Of a DNA stretch of 39,864 nt, positions 24,241 through 32,275 are shown in pieces (position 1 is the first letter of the stretch; every line of letters starts with the position of its first letter). Both the position numbers and the translations under genes were made by a program. The stretch lies in the IMG/VR virus record IMGVR_UViG_3300045988_044618, positions 1 through 39,864 of that record; one strand, 5' to 3'. This DNA is from a virus. The notes under the pieces were generated by a model. It saw only the letters and a list, made by a program, of their open reading frames with translations. It made no database searches and was not told where the DNA came from.

Positions 24241-24639
24241 TTATTTGCCTTTCAGCTCTTGTTCGATAATTCTGTTATACTGCGCGGCATGGTCTGCCAC
24301 TGCGGGTTTGATGTACGGTTTGGCACGTTGCCCGTGCGTAAGGTGCCAATTGCCTTTTTCGTCTTGATACGTCCACGGCGTTTGTCTGCCGCCGGGATAA
24401 TAAACGCCTGTGCCGCACTCCACATATACGCCGTATTCGCTATTTGTGCCAATATATGCAGCTTTTTCGCCGTCGCTGACAGTATGTGTAATGCTGTTGC
24501 GTAGGTTGCCTGTGTCCACGGGGCATAGCTTTTTAGCGTACCCCTCACCCACCAGCCCGCACTTTTCCAACGCCCGCTGGCAAGCGGATTCCAGCGCTTC
24601 TAATACCTCATCGCTGTGGTCTTCAAGTCGTATCTGCAT
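24241..24639 (-). CDS. HK97 gp10-family phage protein (132 aa)
   Basis: The motif CPVDTGNLRNSITH ... YVECGTG is characteristic of the HK97 gp10 family. The start overlaps the end of the MuF-like gene. Confidence 0.75.
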   Translation of the reverse strand: MQIRLEDHSDEVLEALESACQRALEKCGLVGEGYAKKLCPVDTGNLRNSITHTVSDGEKAAYIGTNSEYGVYVECGTGVYYPGGRQTPWTYQDEKGNWHLTHGQRAKPYIKPAVADHAAQYNRIIEQELKGK

Positions 24640-25630
24640 TGCGTTTCCACCCCGCCCACTCTGTAAAGGTCATATCTTCCACAAGCACAGATTTCCCCGT
24701 TTTTGGGTCTTTGGCACGTCTGCTACCGCTGCTTGTATCCTCGCCGTCAACCTCCGCAATCTGCGTACAGCGGCAGTTATACACAAGATAGCCCGGCGCG
24801 GAAGTATCGCCCGGGTACATAATCTCGTACCCGTCCACCTTGAACGGCTTGTCTACATCGACCGTCTGCCCATCAAGCATTGCGTGTGCGTGGCGTGTTC
24901 TGCCGTCCAGCGTTGCCAGCCAGCGCTTTTTAAGCTTGATGCCCATATCCTGTGCGGCGCGGTAAGTATCTAGCCGCCCCGCGTTCTGCGCCCCTGTGAC
25001 CGCCGTTCTCGCCGTTCTTATGGCGCTTGTGCGGTTCATATCCTGCATACGGCTTTGTAAGTCGTTGGCTATTTTCGGTATGCTTTTGCCTTGCAGGATG
25101 GAGCTTGTCACGCTGGCGGTAATTTGCTGCTTGCCGTATTTCAGGTCTATGCCGCGCTGCAATGCCCGCTTTGGCGGGTAGTACGGCATCAAATCAGGTT
25201 GTTCCACAATCAGACGTTTCACTGTCTGCTCATCCCACAGCGTAAAATCTGCTTTGTCGGAAACCTGCTCGATTTTGTAAGCTGCATAATTGCGGTTCAG
25301 GCTGTAAATGTCCGGAGTGGCGTCGTTGACGTATGCCACAGCCGTTGCATTGGCATCAGTGTATCTTTCTGCCACTTTATCGCGCAGGGCTTCAAAACGC
25401 TTTCCGCGCCCTATCTGCGCAAGCCGCCACTGCTTGTATTGCTGCTCTGTGATTTCGCCTGCATCGAGCTTTTCTTTCATGGCCGCATCGCGCTTCTCAA
25501 ACTGCTCAAAATAGGCTTTCACCGTGTCGGTCAATTCGTCGGCAGCTTCTTTGTACAGCTTTGCAATGCGCTGTTCCATCTCGGCGAGCTGTTCATCCGT
25601 AAGTTTGTGGGCATAATCAGGTTTTCTCAT
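24623..25630 (-). CDS. Minor head protein, SPP1 gp7 / Mu F-like head morphogenesis protein (335 aa)
   Basis: The motif is RWLATLDGRTRHAHAMLDGQTV ... YPGDTSAPGYLVYNCRCT. Confidence 0.85.
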   Translation of the reverse strand: MRKPDYAHKLTDEQLAEMEQRIAKLYKEAADELTDTVKAYFEQFEKRDAAMKEKLDAGEITEQQYKQWRLAQIGRGKRFEALRDKVAERYTDANATAVAYVNDATPDIYSLNRNYAAYKIEQVSDKADFTLWDEQTVKRLIVEQPDLMPYYPPKRALQRGIDLKYGKQQITASVTSSILQGKSIPKIANDLQSRMQDMNRTSAIRTARTAVTGAQNAGRLDTYRAAQDMGIKLKKRWLATLDGRTRHAHAMLDGQTVDVDKPFKVDGYEIMYPGDTSAPGYLVYNCRCTQIAEVDGEDTSSGSRRAKDPKTGKSVLVEDMTFTEWAGWKRNADTT

Positions 25631-26016
25631 TTTCTTCTTTTAGTACCGCCTACGAACCCCATAATTTCTTTGCTTAGTTTCGCTTGGCTGCTTTTGTACG
25701 TTGAAGTGGTGATTTCTCTTTTTGTAGCTTCACCAAAAGAATTCACAAATGTTTTTCCCTTTGTTTTTTCAGCAGTCACATTTCTGCTTGCGGTCACTAT
25801 TTTGTTTGTTATCGAACGCTTTTTTGATTCAAGCGCCTGTTTTTTTCTCTGTACATCGTAATATCCGCTTGGCATATTCCACGCAGGATTTTTTGATGCG
25901 TAATCCGCCAACCTTTTATTCAGTTTGTCAATTTGGGAATTTAGGCTTTTTTCTTTTTCTTTTAAGGCGCCTATACTCGCACTACCGCTGCCGCTTCCAG
26001 AACCTCTACCGCCCAT
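25627..26016 (-). CDS. Hypothetical protein (129 aa from ATG 26016) starting MGGRGSGSG
   Basis: AAGGAG, 8 nt, then ATG 26016 (the track's GTG at 26022 is too close to the SD). The first 27 coding nt are identical to those of 26648..27097. Its stop overlaps the MuF start. Confidence 0.65.
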   Translation of the reverse strand: MGGRGSGSGSGSASIGALKEKEKSLNSQIDKLNKRLADYASKNPAWNMPSGYYDVQRKKQALESKKRSITNKIVTASRNVTAEKTKGKTFVNSFGEATKREITTSTYKSSQAKLSKEIMGFVGGTKRRK

Positions 26017-26034
26017 TCTCACATCTCCTTCTTA
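25991..26034 (-). repeat. 44-bp direct repeat, copy 1 (SD + start + MGGRGSGS codons)
   Basis: On the minus strand: TAAGAAGGAGATGTGAGAATGGGCGGTAGAGGTTCTGGAAGCGG. It is identical to 27072..27115. Confidence 0.95.
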
Positions 26035-26632
26035 CTTGCTTATAATATGGTTGAATCCTCGTGACGTTCCAATCAAATTCTTCAGGGCATTTGCCATACC
26101 ACAAAATCTCACTGGGTTCAAGCCTTGCCAATGCCGCCCGAACGCCTTTTTCAAACAGCGCTTGATTCTGCTTGTTTTGCTGCGTTCCAACGCTGGATAT
26201 TGCCACAATCGAATGTTTCGGTTCACCATCAAAACACCATTCATAGCTTTTCTCGTCGCTCCAACACAAGGTTGGCACAACGTGAATCCCGCATTGCTGC
26301 CAGTATGCCGCCATCCAGTGCTTGCGATAGTGATTGTATATCTGCATAGCAAGCGGCATATCTGTATACATTGAGAAATCAGGCGCACACACAGCACCAA
26401 ATTTTCGCAGCAGCGGAATGTACTTGTCCGGCTGATTCCACACCCTTTGGAATTGATAATCATCCACGAAAAAGTGAACGCCTTTTGTTGCGCAGTCCGT
26501 ACAGGTTTTAGCAAAGTTGAACGGAATCCATTCCAGATGCCGCACATCAATGTACTCCGGCTGTATAATCGGTGTGTCATATACGCCCGCACCAATAAAG
26601 CGGGCTTTGTCGAGATTTTCAAAGTTCAGCAT
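26006..26632 (-). CDS. DUF4417-like protein (208 aa)
   Basis: VHFFVDDYQFQRVWNQPDKYIPLL ... APDFSMYTDMPLAMQIYNHYRKHWMAAYWQ matches my memory of DUF4417 (unverified). There is no SD. The last 10 codons are encoded by the 44-bp repeat. Confidence 0.6.
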   Translation of the reverse strand: MLNFENLDKARFIGAGVYDTPIIQPEYIDVRHLEWIPFNFAKTCTDCATKGVHFFVDDYQFQRVWNQPDKYIPLLRKFGAVCAPDFSMYTDMPLAMQIYNHYRKHWMAAYWQQCGIHVVPTLCWSDEKSYEWCFDGEPKHSIVAISSVGTQQNKQNQALFEKGVRAALARLEPSEILWYGKCPEEFDWNVTRIQPYYKQVRRRCENGR

Positions 26633-26647
26633 AATATATACCCAGTA

Positions 26648-27097
26648 TTACTTGATTCCGGCTTCGCGCATTTTCTTTTCAATGGTCTTTCTCTTCATAC
26701 CGACGCGAACGCCCTTAACTCCGGCTGCCTTTGCCTGCGCAATCAGCGCATTATAGGATTTTTGTCCAGATTCAAATCTGCTTTGTCGCGCCAATTCTGA
26801 CGCGCTTTTTTGAGCAGTGAATTTTTTTCCGGTGGCATCCTCCCAAGTGGCGCTATACTGCGATGCCGCCCGCCGTGTGCTGTAAAATTCCTGAGCCTTT
26901 TTGTCTGTAATCCACTCGGAAGGTTTTCCATCGGGGGCAAGCTGCGTTTTCGGAACCCATACAATGCGACTTTTTGTTTGCTCCAAATCATAATCTTCTA
27001 CGTTTATGCGCAACTGTACCGCTCGCTCTGTTTCGCCAAAATACGAAATTCCTGTTTTGTCTTTACTTCTACCGCTTCCAGAACCTCTACCGCCCAT
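26648..27097 (-). CDS. Hypothetical protein (149 aa from ATG 27097) starting MGGRGSGSG
   Basis: It has the same SD, start and first 9 codons as 25627..26016, then diverges (RSKDKTGISYFGETERAVQLRINVEDY...). Confidence 0.65.
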   Translation of the reverse strand: MGGRGSGSGRSKDKTGISYFGETERAVQLRINVEDYDLEQTKSRIVWVPKTQLAPDGKPSEWITDKKAQEFYSTRRAASQYSATWEDATGKKFTAQKSASELARQSRFESGQKSYNALIAQAKAAGVKGVRVGMKRKTIEKKMREAGIK

Positions 27098-27115
27098 TCT
27101 CACATCTCCTTCTTA
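27072..27115 (-). repeat. 44-bp direct repeat, copy 2
   Basis: It is identical to 25991..26034 and begins exactly at the portal stop codon TAA (27115-27113). Confidence 0.95.
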
Positions 27116-28432
27116 ATTCCCAGTAGTGCGGTTTAGCATTTCCGCCGCCTTTCGCTTCATCAATTCCTCGTACTGATCAGCATCGCCGTTAATGGTCAGC
27201 AGCTTTTTGGTAATGTACTCATCATCGTAATACTCCGCGCCCAGCATCACGGTCTGCGCTTCTTCCTGCTTGTTGATAATCTGGTTGCGCGTGTATGTCG
27301 GCTCGTCATCAAGCCCAGCAACCGCCAAAATGCCCTTGATGCAGCGTGAAACGCAGCTTTCAAACTTATCCGTTTTCAAATCAAGCGGAACATAGCTTGC
27401 CTTGATAGCCGTTGCCGTCTGGTTTCCCGCGCTCACGGCAGATGCGTCAAACGCCTGGAAATCCGTGTACAGCTTTTTGGTCAGCATGTCAATGGTTGCT
27501 TGCGTGCCCTGAAACGGCGCTTCAATGCTTTGCGGTGTGGCCTTCGCGCCCTCTTCGCCGTCAGCATGGGCGACGTGGGTGGTTTTAAGCCGCTCAATAA
27601 ACCTTGTATCGTCCTGCTCATCCATGCCGCCGCAGTTTGTAAGCACCCAATAAATGAGATTGCCCTCATCCACATTGTTTACCATGTTGCTGCTGGCAAG
27701 GTCGAGCGCGTCAACGGTGTTTTTCCTGCCGCAAAGTTCGCTTCTTGCTTGTTCGCCGTTTTTCAGCGGGATAATGGGAAATCCGGGATAATTCTCGCCG
27801 TCATAAATTTCTGTGCCGTCAATCTCCGAGTACCGAACTTTCAACTTGTACGGCAATTTCCCGTTTAAACTGCGTACTTCACCGTTGCGCGGTTTAATGT
27901 AATCAGTGTAACCGTCCATCTCGTACAGCGTTGCCCGCAGCGGTTTGTCCGGGTCAATCTGCCAGAACCGGATTCCGGCTTTTAGTGCGCCATCTTCTTC
28001 ATCGTATAACGGCACAAACTGCTCCGGCGCGAACACCTGAATATGGTCAAGATTCCAGAATACGAAAGACTGCCCACCAATCAACGCATGGCGGGCAGCA
28101 TCCATAATATCTTCATCAAACGTGGCGCCAAGCGCCTTTTTTGTGGCATCCTTGTTAAACGCAACGCCGTTGCCTAACAGGTAAGAAACTTCCTGATCTA
28201 CAACAAATCCAAAAAACTTGCTAGCAATCTTGTGGTTTGCTGTGTACATATCGGGATGCGCTTTTCCCTCAAGATCGTACACCATTTTTTCATAGCGGTT
28301 GATTGTGGGATTTTCGCCCCAATAGTAAAGCTTTGCGTCCAGCATGTCCCGCGTCTTTTTCTGGCCTTTAAAATCGTTTATGGTGTCAAACACAAACCCC
28401 ATGCGGGAACGTTCATCTTCACCGACCGCCAC
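27113..28432 (-). CDS. Portal protein, SPP1 gp6-like (439 aa; start uncertain, GTG 28432 or ATG 28402)
   Basis: Position (after TerL) and size fit. The motif is YYWGENPTINRYEKMVYDLEGK ... HKIASKFFGFVVDQEVSYLLGNGV. Confidence 0.85.
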   Translation of the reverse strand: MAVGEDERSRMGFVFDTINDFKGQKKTRDMLDAKLYYWGENPTINRYEKMVYDLEGKAHPDMYTANHKIASKFFGFVVDQEVSYLLGNGVAFNKDATKKALGATFDEDIMDAARHALIGGQSFVFWNLDHIQVFAPEQFVPLYDEEDGALKAGIRFWQIDPDKPLRATLYEMDGYTDYIKPRNGEVRSLNGKLPYKLKVRYSEIDGTEIYDGENYPGFPIIPLKNGEQARSELCGRKNTVDALDLASSNMVNNVDEGNLIYWVLTNCGGMDEQDDTRFIERLKTTHVAHADGEEGAKATPQSIEAPFQGTQATIDMLTKKLYTDFQAFDASAVSAGNQTATAIKASYVPLDLKTDKFESCVSRCIKGILAVAGLDDEPTYTRNQIINKQEEAQTVMLGAEYYDDEYITKKLLTINGDADQYEELMKRKAAEMLNRTTGN

Positions 28433-28459
28433 AAAGTCTTGATACGTTCTGATTTTCCC

Positions 28460-29740
28460 TCACCGCCCTCTGTCAAAAATGCTCTTGTACTTTGTATCTG
28501 CCGCATCTCCGGCTTTGCCCGCCGTGCTTTCCATCGCATAACGCACTGCATCAATGTGATGATTGTTCAAATCCGGGTAGCCTTCCAGCACTTCCCCTGT
28601 CTTGCCGTCCCGCTCATACTCGTACTCACTAAACTCTTTCGCCGTGTCCGGGCAACGTTCTGGGTCAATGACAATAGCTTCCAGCATTTGCAGCCATTTT
28701 GTGCCATAGCGAACCGATTTCGGCCCCTTGCGGGCCGGGAACGTCTTTATGCCGTACTTGTTATAGTCCGCAATGGATTTTGGCTCGGCGCTATCCGCGC
28801 AGACTTTATCCTCACGCGTCAGCCCTTTATCCAAAAGCAGTTGCGCAGTATCCCTATTGCTGGTTCTGCGCCGTGTCTGCTCATCAAATATGTACAGCGT
28901 GCGCCGCGCTGCGTCATAGTGCATCGCATTGTATGCCCAAGGGTCAGGGTACCAGCCCCAGTCAACCCCTCGCTTAATGCGGTCAAAGCTGGCAATCTGT
29001 TCATCGGTGATTTTCTCAATCCGCAGATTCTCAAATACTGCCGTGCCGTTGCCGACAACCTCGCCAAGATACTCATGCCGGTATGCTGTTTCGTTTGTGC
29101 GCTCCAAGTATTCAGCATCGGCCAGAAACCGCTCGCCGAGCCATTCTGCGGGCGTTGTTTTGTAGGTGGAATGATGTACTAGCTTTCCCTTGCGGACTTT
29201 CAGAGCGTACCCGTTTGCCCAGTTCCGCGCCATTGCTGGCGGGTTGAAGCTCTTGAACGTGATGAACCAGTCACCGCCGCGCAAGCAGGACTGCTCCACA
29301 TTTCGGATTTGCTCTTCACCGTCAAACTGGTCAAGCTCTTCAAACCACGCAATCCCGATATAGCCGAACGGCATCTTGATTGACTTGACCTTTCCGGGGT
29401 CGTCCATACCGAAAAAAAGCACCTTCTGCCCTGTCGGCAAATAGGTGCATTCCATCGGGCTGACAGTGCATCGGAAATAATCGTGTAACCCCAGCTCGTT
29501 TATCGCCCATACAATCTGGGCATAAACGCTTGTGCGTAATGTATTTGCCACTCGGCGGAACACTGCCGCATGACATTGCGGATGCTTGAGCAGCTGCAAA
29601 ATCAGCTCTATGCTGATATAGCTTGATTTTGTACTGCCGCGCCCGCCTTTGGCGACAAGCTCTTTTACATTGCCTTCCTTGATTTCACGGTGGACTTTGG
29701 CGAAACAAGGGGAAACAATCCCGGACATCTTACAAGTCAT
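28460..29740 (-). CDS. terL: Terminase large subunit (426 aa)
   Basis: It has a Walker A-like motif VAKGGRGSTKSS and a C-terminal nuclease-type region. The start overlaps the TerS stop. Confidence 0.9.
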   Translation of the reverse strand: MTCKMSGIVSPCFAKVHREIKEGNVKELVAKGGRGSTKSSYISIELILQLLKHPQCHAAVFRRVANTLRTSVYAQIVWAINELGLHDYFRCTVSPMECTYLPTGQKVLFFGMDDPGKVKSIKMPFGYIGIAWFEELDQFDGEEQIRNVEQSCLRGGDWFITFKSFNPPAMARNWANGYALKVRKGKLVHHSTYKTTPAEWLGERFLADAEYLERTNETAYRHEYLGEVVGNGTAVFENLRIEKITDEQIASFDRIKRGVDWGWYPDPWAYNAMHYDAARRTLYIFDEQTRRRTSNRDTAQLLLDKGLTREDKVCADSAEPKSIADYNKYGIKTFPARKGPKSVRYGTKWLQMLEAIVIDPERCPDTAKEFSEYEYERDGKTGEVLEGYPDLNNHHIDAVRYAMESTAGKAGDAADTKYKSIFDRGR

Positions 29741-30155
29741 CTATAATTTGCACCTCGCTATCCTGCTGTTGTTCCGGCTTATCTTGCCATCCAAAATTTG
29801 CTCGCAAGCTGAACTGTGCGCCGCCGGAGCCGTCTTTGTCGTACAATCTTTCTTCGGCGTATTGTTCACAAAGGGTCTTTGCGCGCGTAATCGTGTCATT
29901 GAACTCTGGTTTGTTTTGATAATTCAAAAGCGCCTGCCTTGATGCAAAACCAAGCGCAAGCGCCAATCCTGTCACAGTAGGCGGCTTTTTATCGTCATAG
30001 ATGATATAGCCGTTTTTATTTCGCATCGGTTCGCCGTTATCGTCTAAGAACGGCTTTCCTTTACAGGCTTCAAAGTAGGCATCAATCTTTTCTTGCATTG
30101 CCTTTACGCTTCTGTATTTAGGTGGTGCGCCCCCCGGATTTTTTCTTGATGCCAC
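29730..30155 (-). CDS. terS: Terminase small subunit (141 aa from GTG 30155)
   Basis: GAGGTG, 5 nt, then GTG 30155. The sequence is PPKYRSVKAMQEKIDAYFEAC ... PPTVTGLALALGF ... (HTH). The track's longer start at 30191 lies inside a terminator hairpin. Confidence 0.75.
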   Translation of the reverse strand: MASRKNPGGAPPKYRSVKAMQEKIDAYFEACKGKPFLDDNGEPMRNKNGYIIYDDKKPPTVTGLALALGFASRQALLNYQNKPEFNDTITRAKTLCEQYAEERLYDKDGSGGAQFSLRANFGWQDKPEQQQDSEVQIIDDL

Positions 30156-30175
30156 TTTATCACCTCGCTTTACAA

Positions 30176-30204
30176 CACAAAAAGCCCACACAATTTGTGT
30201 AGGC
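30176..30204 (-). terminator. Intrinsic terminator ending the structured RNA
   Basis: On the minus strand: GCCTACAC-AAATT-GTGTGGGC followed by TTTTTGTG. It lies immediately upstream of the terS SD. Confidence 0.75.
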
Positions 30205-30660
30205 TTATATCCCCCAAAACCCCTTTGCGCCGGAGGAAAAGCGCGTTCCCGCCCTACCGGTCTCTGCTATGCCGGTCTCACCCGTTGCGGTGAGCAAATC
30301 CGCAACGTAGTTCAGCAGCACTTGTATTCCGCGCGCTTACCCGCGGTCTCTGCTTTGATGTTATGGGTTCCGGCGATGCGTAACTGCGTCAGTAACGTAG
30401 TCCGCACAAGCAGATGCCGAACGGTTTTCTCGATGTCACCGTCTAAACGTCCCCGAACTTCTCCGCTTTCAAAATCGGTGTGCAATCGGGTATGCGCCCT
30501 GTCGTATAGGGCTATGCACCGTCGATCTTCCGAGGTGTCGGTTATCTATCGCGTTTCCTACGCCGGGCTTTCACCGGTGGGAGCGACCCAGCACGTGCCC
30601 TCAGCCGGACTTGAACCGGCACACCAAGGCTCTTGCCATTGAGCTACAAGGGCATGTGCG
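30205..30660 (-). ncRNA. Candidate large structured non-coding RNA (~450 nt) beginning with a tRNA-like element
   Basis: There is no credible ORF on either strand. The region is GC-rich with many hairpins. A possible long-range helix pairs 30581-30574 with 30260-30252. GCAGAGACCG and ACTACGTT motifs are each duplicated. The region is bounded by a tRNA and a terminator. Confidence 0.5.
30596..30653 (-). ncRNA. tRNA-like element lacking an anticodon arm
   Basis: It has an acceptor-like stem GCCCTTG/TGAGGGC, a D-arm GCTC-AATGGCAA-GAGC and a T-arm GCCGG-TTCAAGT-CCGGC. Only 8 nt (CTTGGTGT) link the D and T arms. There is no CCA. The stem extends to 13 bp (30659..30591). Confidence 0.6.
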
Positions 30661-30741
30661 GCTTGCCGTTTGCACGACCATTGTCATCATTTGTGAGGTA
30701 TACCGCGCACGCTCACACAGACAGGTTGCGACCCTGCCGTC

Positions 30742-30815
30742 TGGCGCGGGTGGAAGGTCTTGACCCCTCATCTTGCGGTTTTGGATACCGCAGTTCTGCA
30801 TTGAACTACACCCGC
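30742..30815 (-). tRNA. tRNA-Trp (anticodon CCA), 74 nt with encoded CCA
   Basis: It has a perfect 7-bp acceptor stem GCGGGTG/CACCCGC, discriminator G and anticodon arm GCGGT-ATCCAAA-ACCGC. The D-loop (AATGCA) lacks GG and the T-loop is GTCAAGA. Confidence 0.75.
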
Positions 30816-31188
30816 ATAAAGGCGCGTCAGTTGCGCGTGTTGCACTTTTTGTAGGCCAAAAGTAAAGCTCATTTTAATTAACTGTGTCCAAGTCGGTATA
30901 AATTAAAAATGAAATTCACTTTTTTAATAACTTGTGCAACAGAGGCTTGCCGCGATCTGTTGGTACTGCACATAGGTCTTGCACCTTTGCCACGCCGTAG
31001 CTTGCGGAGCGCAGCGCCCTTGCTGTATTGACTTGTCAGGCCAAGTTTGCGGCTGGCTATGCAGCAAATAAAATGCCGGTCTTTCCCGGCTGTCAGTATC
31101 GAGAATAGGAGGTTTTGCTATGAACTGTAATGTACCCTCTTTACAGTTCCCAGCATATTCATAATACCACTTGACAACGTCCCCACAG

Positions 31189-31578
31189 TTACCCTTTTTT
31201 CTTGTCCAAAAGCAAGAAAAATTTTCTTCTGATTTCGTAAAACTGCCGTCTGCCGCAATACACAGGCTGGTATTCGTAAGCCTTTCCCTCTGTCACGTTT
31301 TTCAAAAGAGCGCACCAGTTTAAAGGGTCTGCTTCTCTTGCCGCGTCCTCAATGATTCTGACATCTGTGCTTAACTTTAGCGCTCTGTCCGCCTTTCTAG
31401 CTGTTGGGTCTGACTTTCCGTTTCCGTGCGGCAAACCGTCATTTGAAACAGCATCAAGCCCTCTTGCACTAGCAATTTCCAACCGCATTTCAGTGTATCT
31501 TTTGCAAAAGTGCTTTAATTCAAGGTATCTTTCTTTTGAAATTCCATATTCATCTAGGTTGAGCGGTCTTTCTCTCAT
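31189..31578 (-). CDS. Putative late-gene transcriptional regulator (sigma-70 region-4-like / ArpU-RinA-position, 129 aa)
   Basis: It is the last gene before the packaging module. The motif pattern is EYGISKERYLELKHFCKRYTEM ... DGLPHGNGKSDPTA ... CGRRQFYEIRRKFFLLL (from memory). Confidence 0.55.
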   Translation of the reverse strand: MRERPLNLDEYGISKERYLELKHFCKRYTEMRLEIASARGLDAVSNDGLPHGNGKSDPTARKADRALKLSTDVRIIEDAAREADPLNWCALLKNVTEGKAYEYQPVYCGRRQFYEIRRKFFLLLDKKKG

Positions 31579-31699
31579 TTTTGCTCCTTTCTTCCAGTTT
31601 CATGCAGCGCGGAAGCGTGCAAATATCGCCATTCTTCCACTCGCATGTCGCGCAAAGATGTTTGCGGGCGTATTCATCAACTAGTTGCTGTTTTGTCAT
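31550..31699 (-). CDS. Small Cys-rich protein (49 aa)
   Basis: GGAGGTGA, 3 nt, then ATG 31699. Sequence: MTKQQLVDEYARKHLCATCEWKNGDICTLPRCMKLEERSKNERKTAQPR. It is below the ORF-track cutoff. Confidence 0.55.
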   Translation of the reverse strand: MTKQQLVDEYARKHLCATCEWKNGDICTLPRCMKLEERSKNERKTAQPR

Positions 31700-31721
31700 G
31701 GGTCACCTCCGGGGGTAGAAG

Positions 31722-31922
31722 TCATTTTAGAAGCCTCCTTATGATTCTATAACATGCAATGCCGATGCGGGTTACGACCAGCAGCGGCCAGAAAACAAGG
31801 ACAATAACGTTGTCTGCGCCGTCTACGGTGTCCATTCGGTCTGTGTGGTTGATATACAGGACGGCGAGCAGGCCGCACAGGTCGTAAACACAGACTGCGG
31901 CGATAACAAGGATAATGGTCAT
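31722..31922 (-). CDS. Small two-TM membrane protein (66 aa)
   Basis: The ATG overlaps the upstream stop. Hydrophobic segments are IILVIAAVCVYDLCGLLAVLYI and VIVLVFWPLLVVTRIGIA. Confidence 0.65.
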   Translation of the reverse strand: MTIILVIAAVCVYDLCGLLAVLYINHTDRMDTVDGADNVIVLVFWPLLVVTRIGIACYRIIRRLLK

Positions 31923-32275
31923 GGGGTCACCTCCGGGGGCTCTGGAAGTGGCATCCAGTGGGTGACGGCGTCAAGAGCGTAATAATCGCCAACATTGATA
32001 AAAACCTCTGTGCCAGGAAGCCTAAACGCCATTGACATTGAATCAAACGCCGATTCGTATGCAAGAACCACATCTTTAGCACCTGGCAGTTTGTCTTTAA
32101 CGCTTATCCAATGCGCCGTAGGCCGCACGGATTCCGGGTCGATTGTCGGTGTATCGTCCACCAATCCGCGCCCATACTCTGCGCCACTTTTATATGCTTG
32201 GTACTCGCCGCCCTCATAAGCGCATCCTCTTATGTCAGACAGGGGCGGTACTTTATCCGCATCAATCAGTCTCAT
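31919..32275 (-). CDS. DUF551-like phage protein (118 aa)
   Basis: The C-terminal signature is HWISVKDKLP ... THWMPLPEPPE (from memory of DUF551). Confidence 0.6.
   Translation of the reverse strand: MRLIDADKVPPLSDIRGCAYEGGEYQAYKSGAEYGRGLVDDTPTIDPESVRPTAHWISVKDKLPGAKDVVLAYESAFDSMSMAFRLPGTEVFINVGDYYALDAVTHWMPLPEPPEVTP

Noticed and set aside
28232-29182. 316-aa plus-strand ORF opposite the portal and terminase genes; similar long shadow ORFs lie at 17825..18550 and 20534..21334
   Set aside because: They are antisense to well-supported structural genes, with no SD sites.
30205-30660. Idea that the tRNA-like element plus downstream RNA is a tmRNA (ssrA)
   Set aside because: In tmRNA the acceptor 5' strand and the T-arm/acceptor 3' strand are separated by the tag ORF and pseudoknots. 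Here they are contiguous. There is no terminal CCA and I found no plausible ...AA-stop tag frame. RNase P RNA and group II domain V signatures were also not seen by eye.
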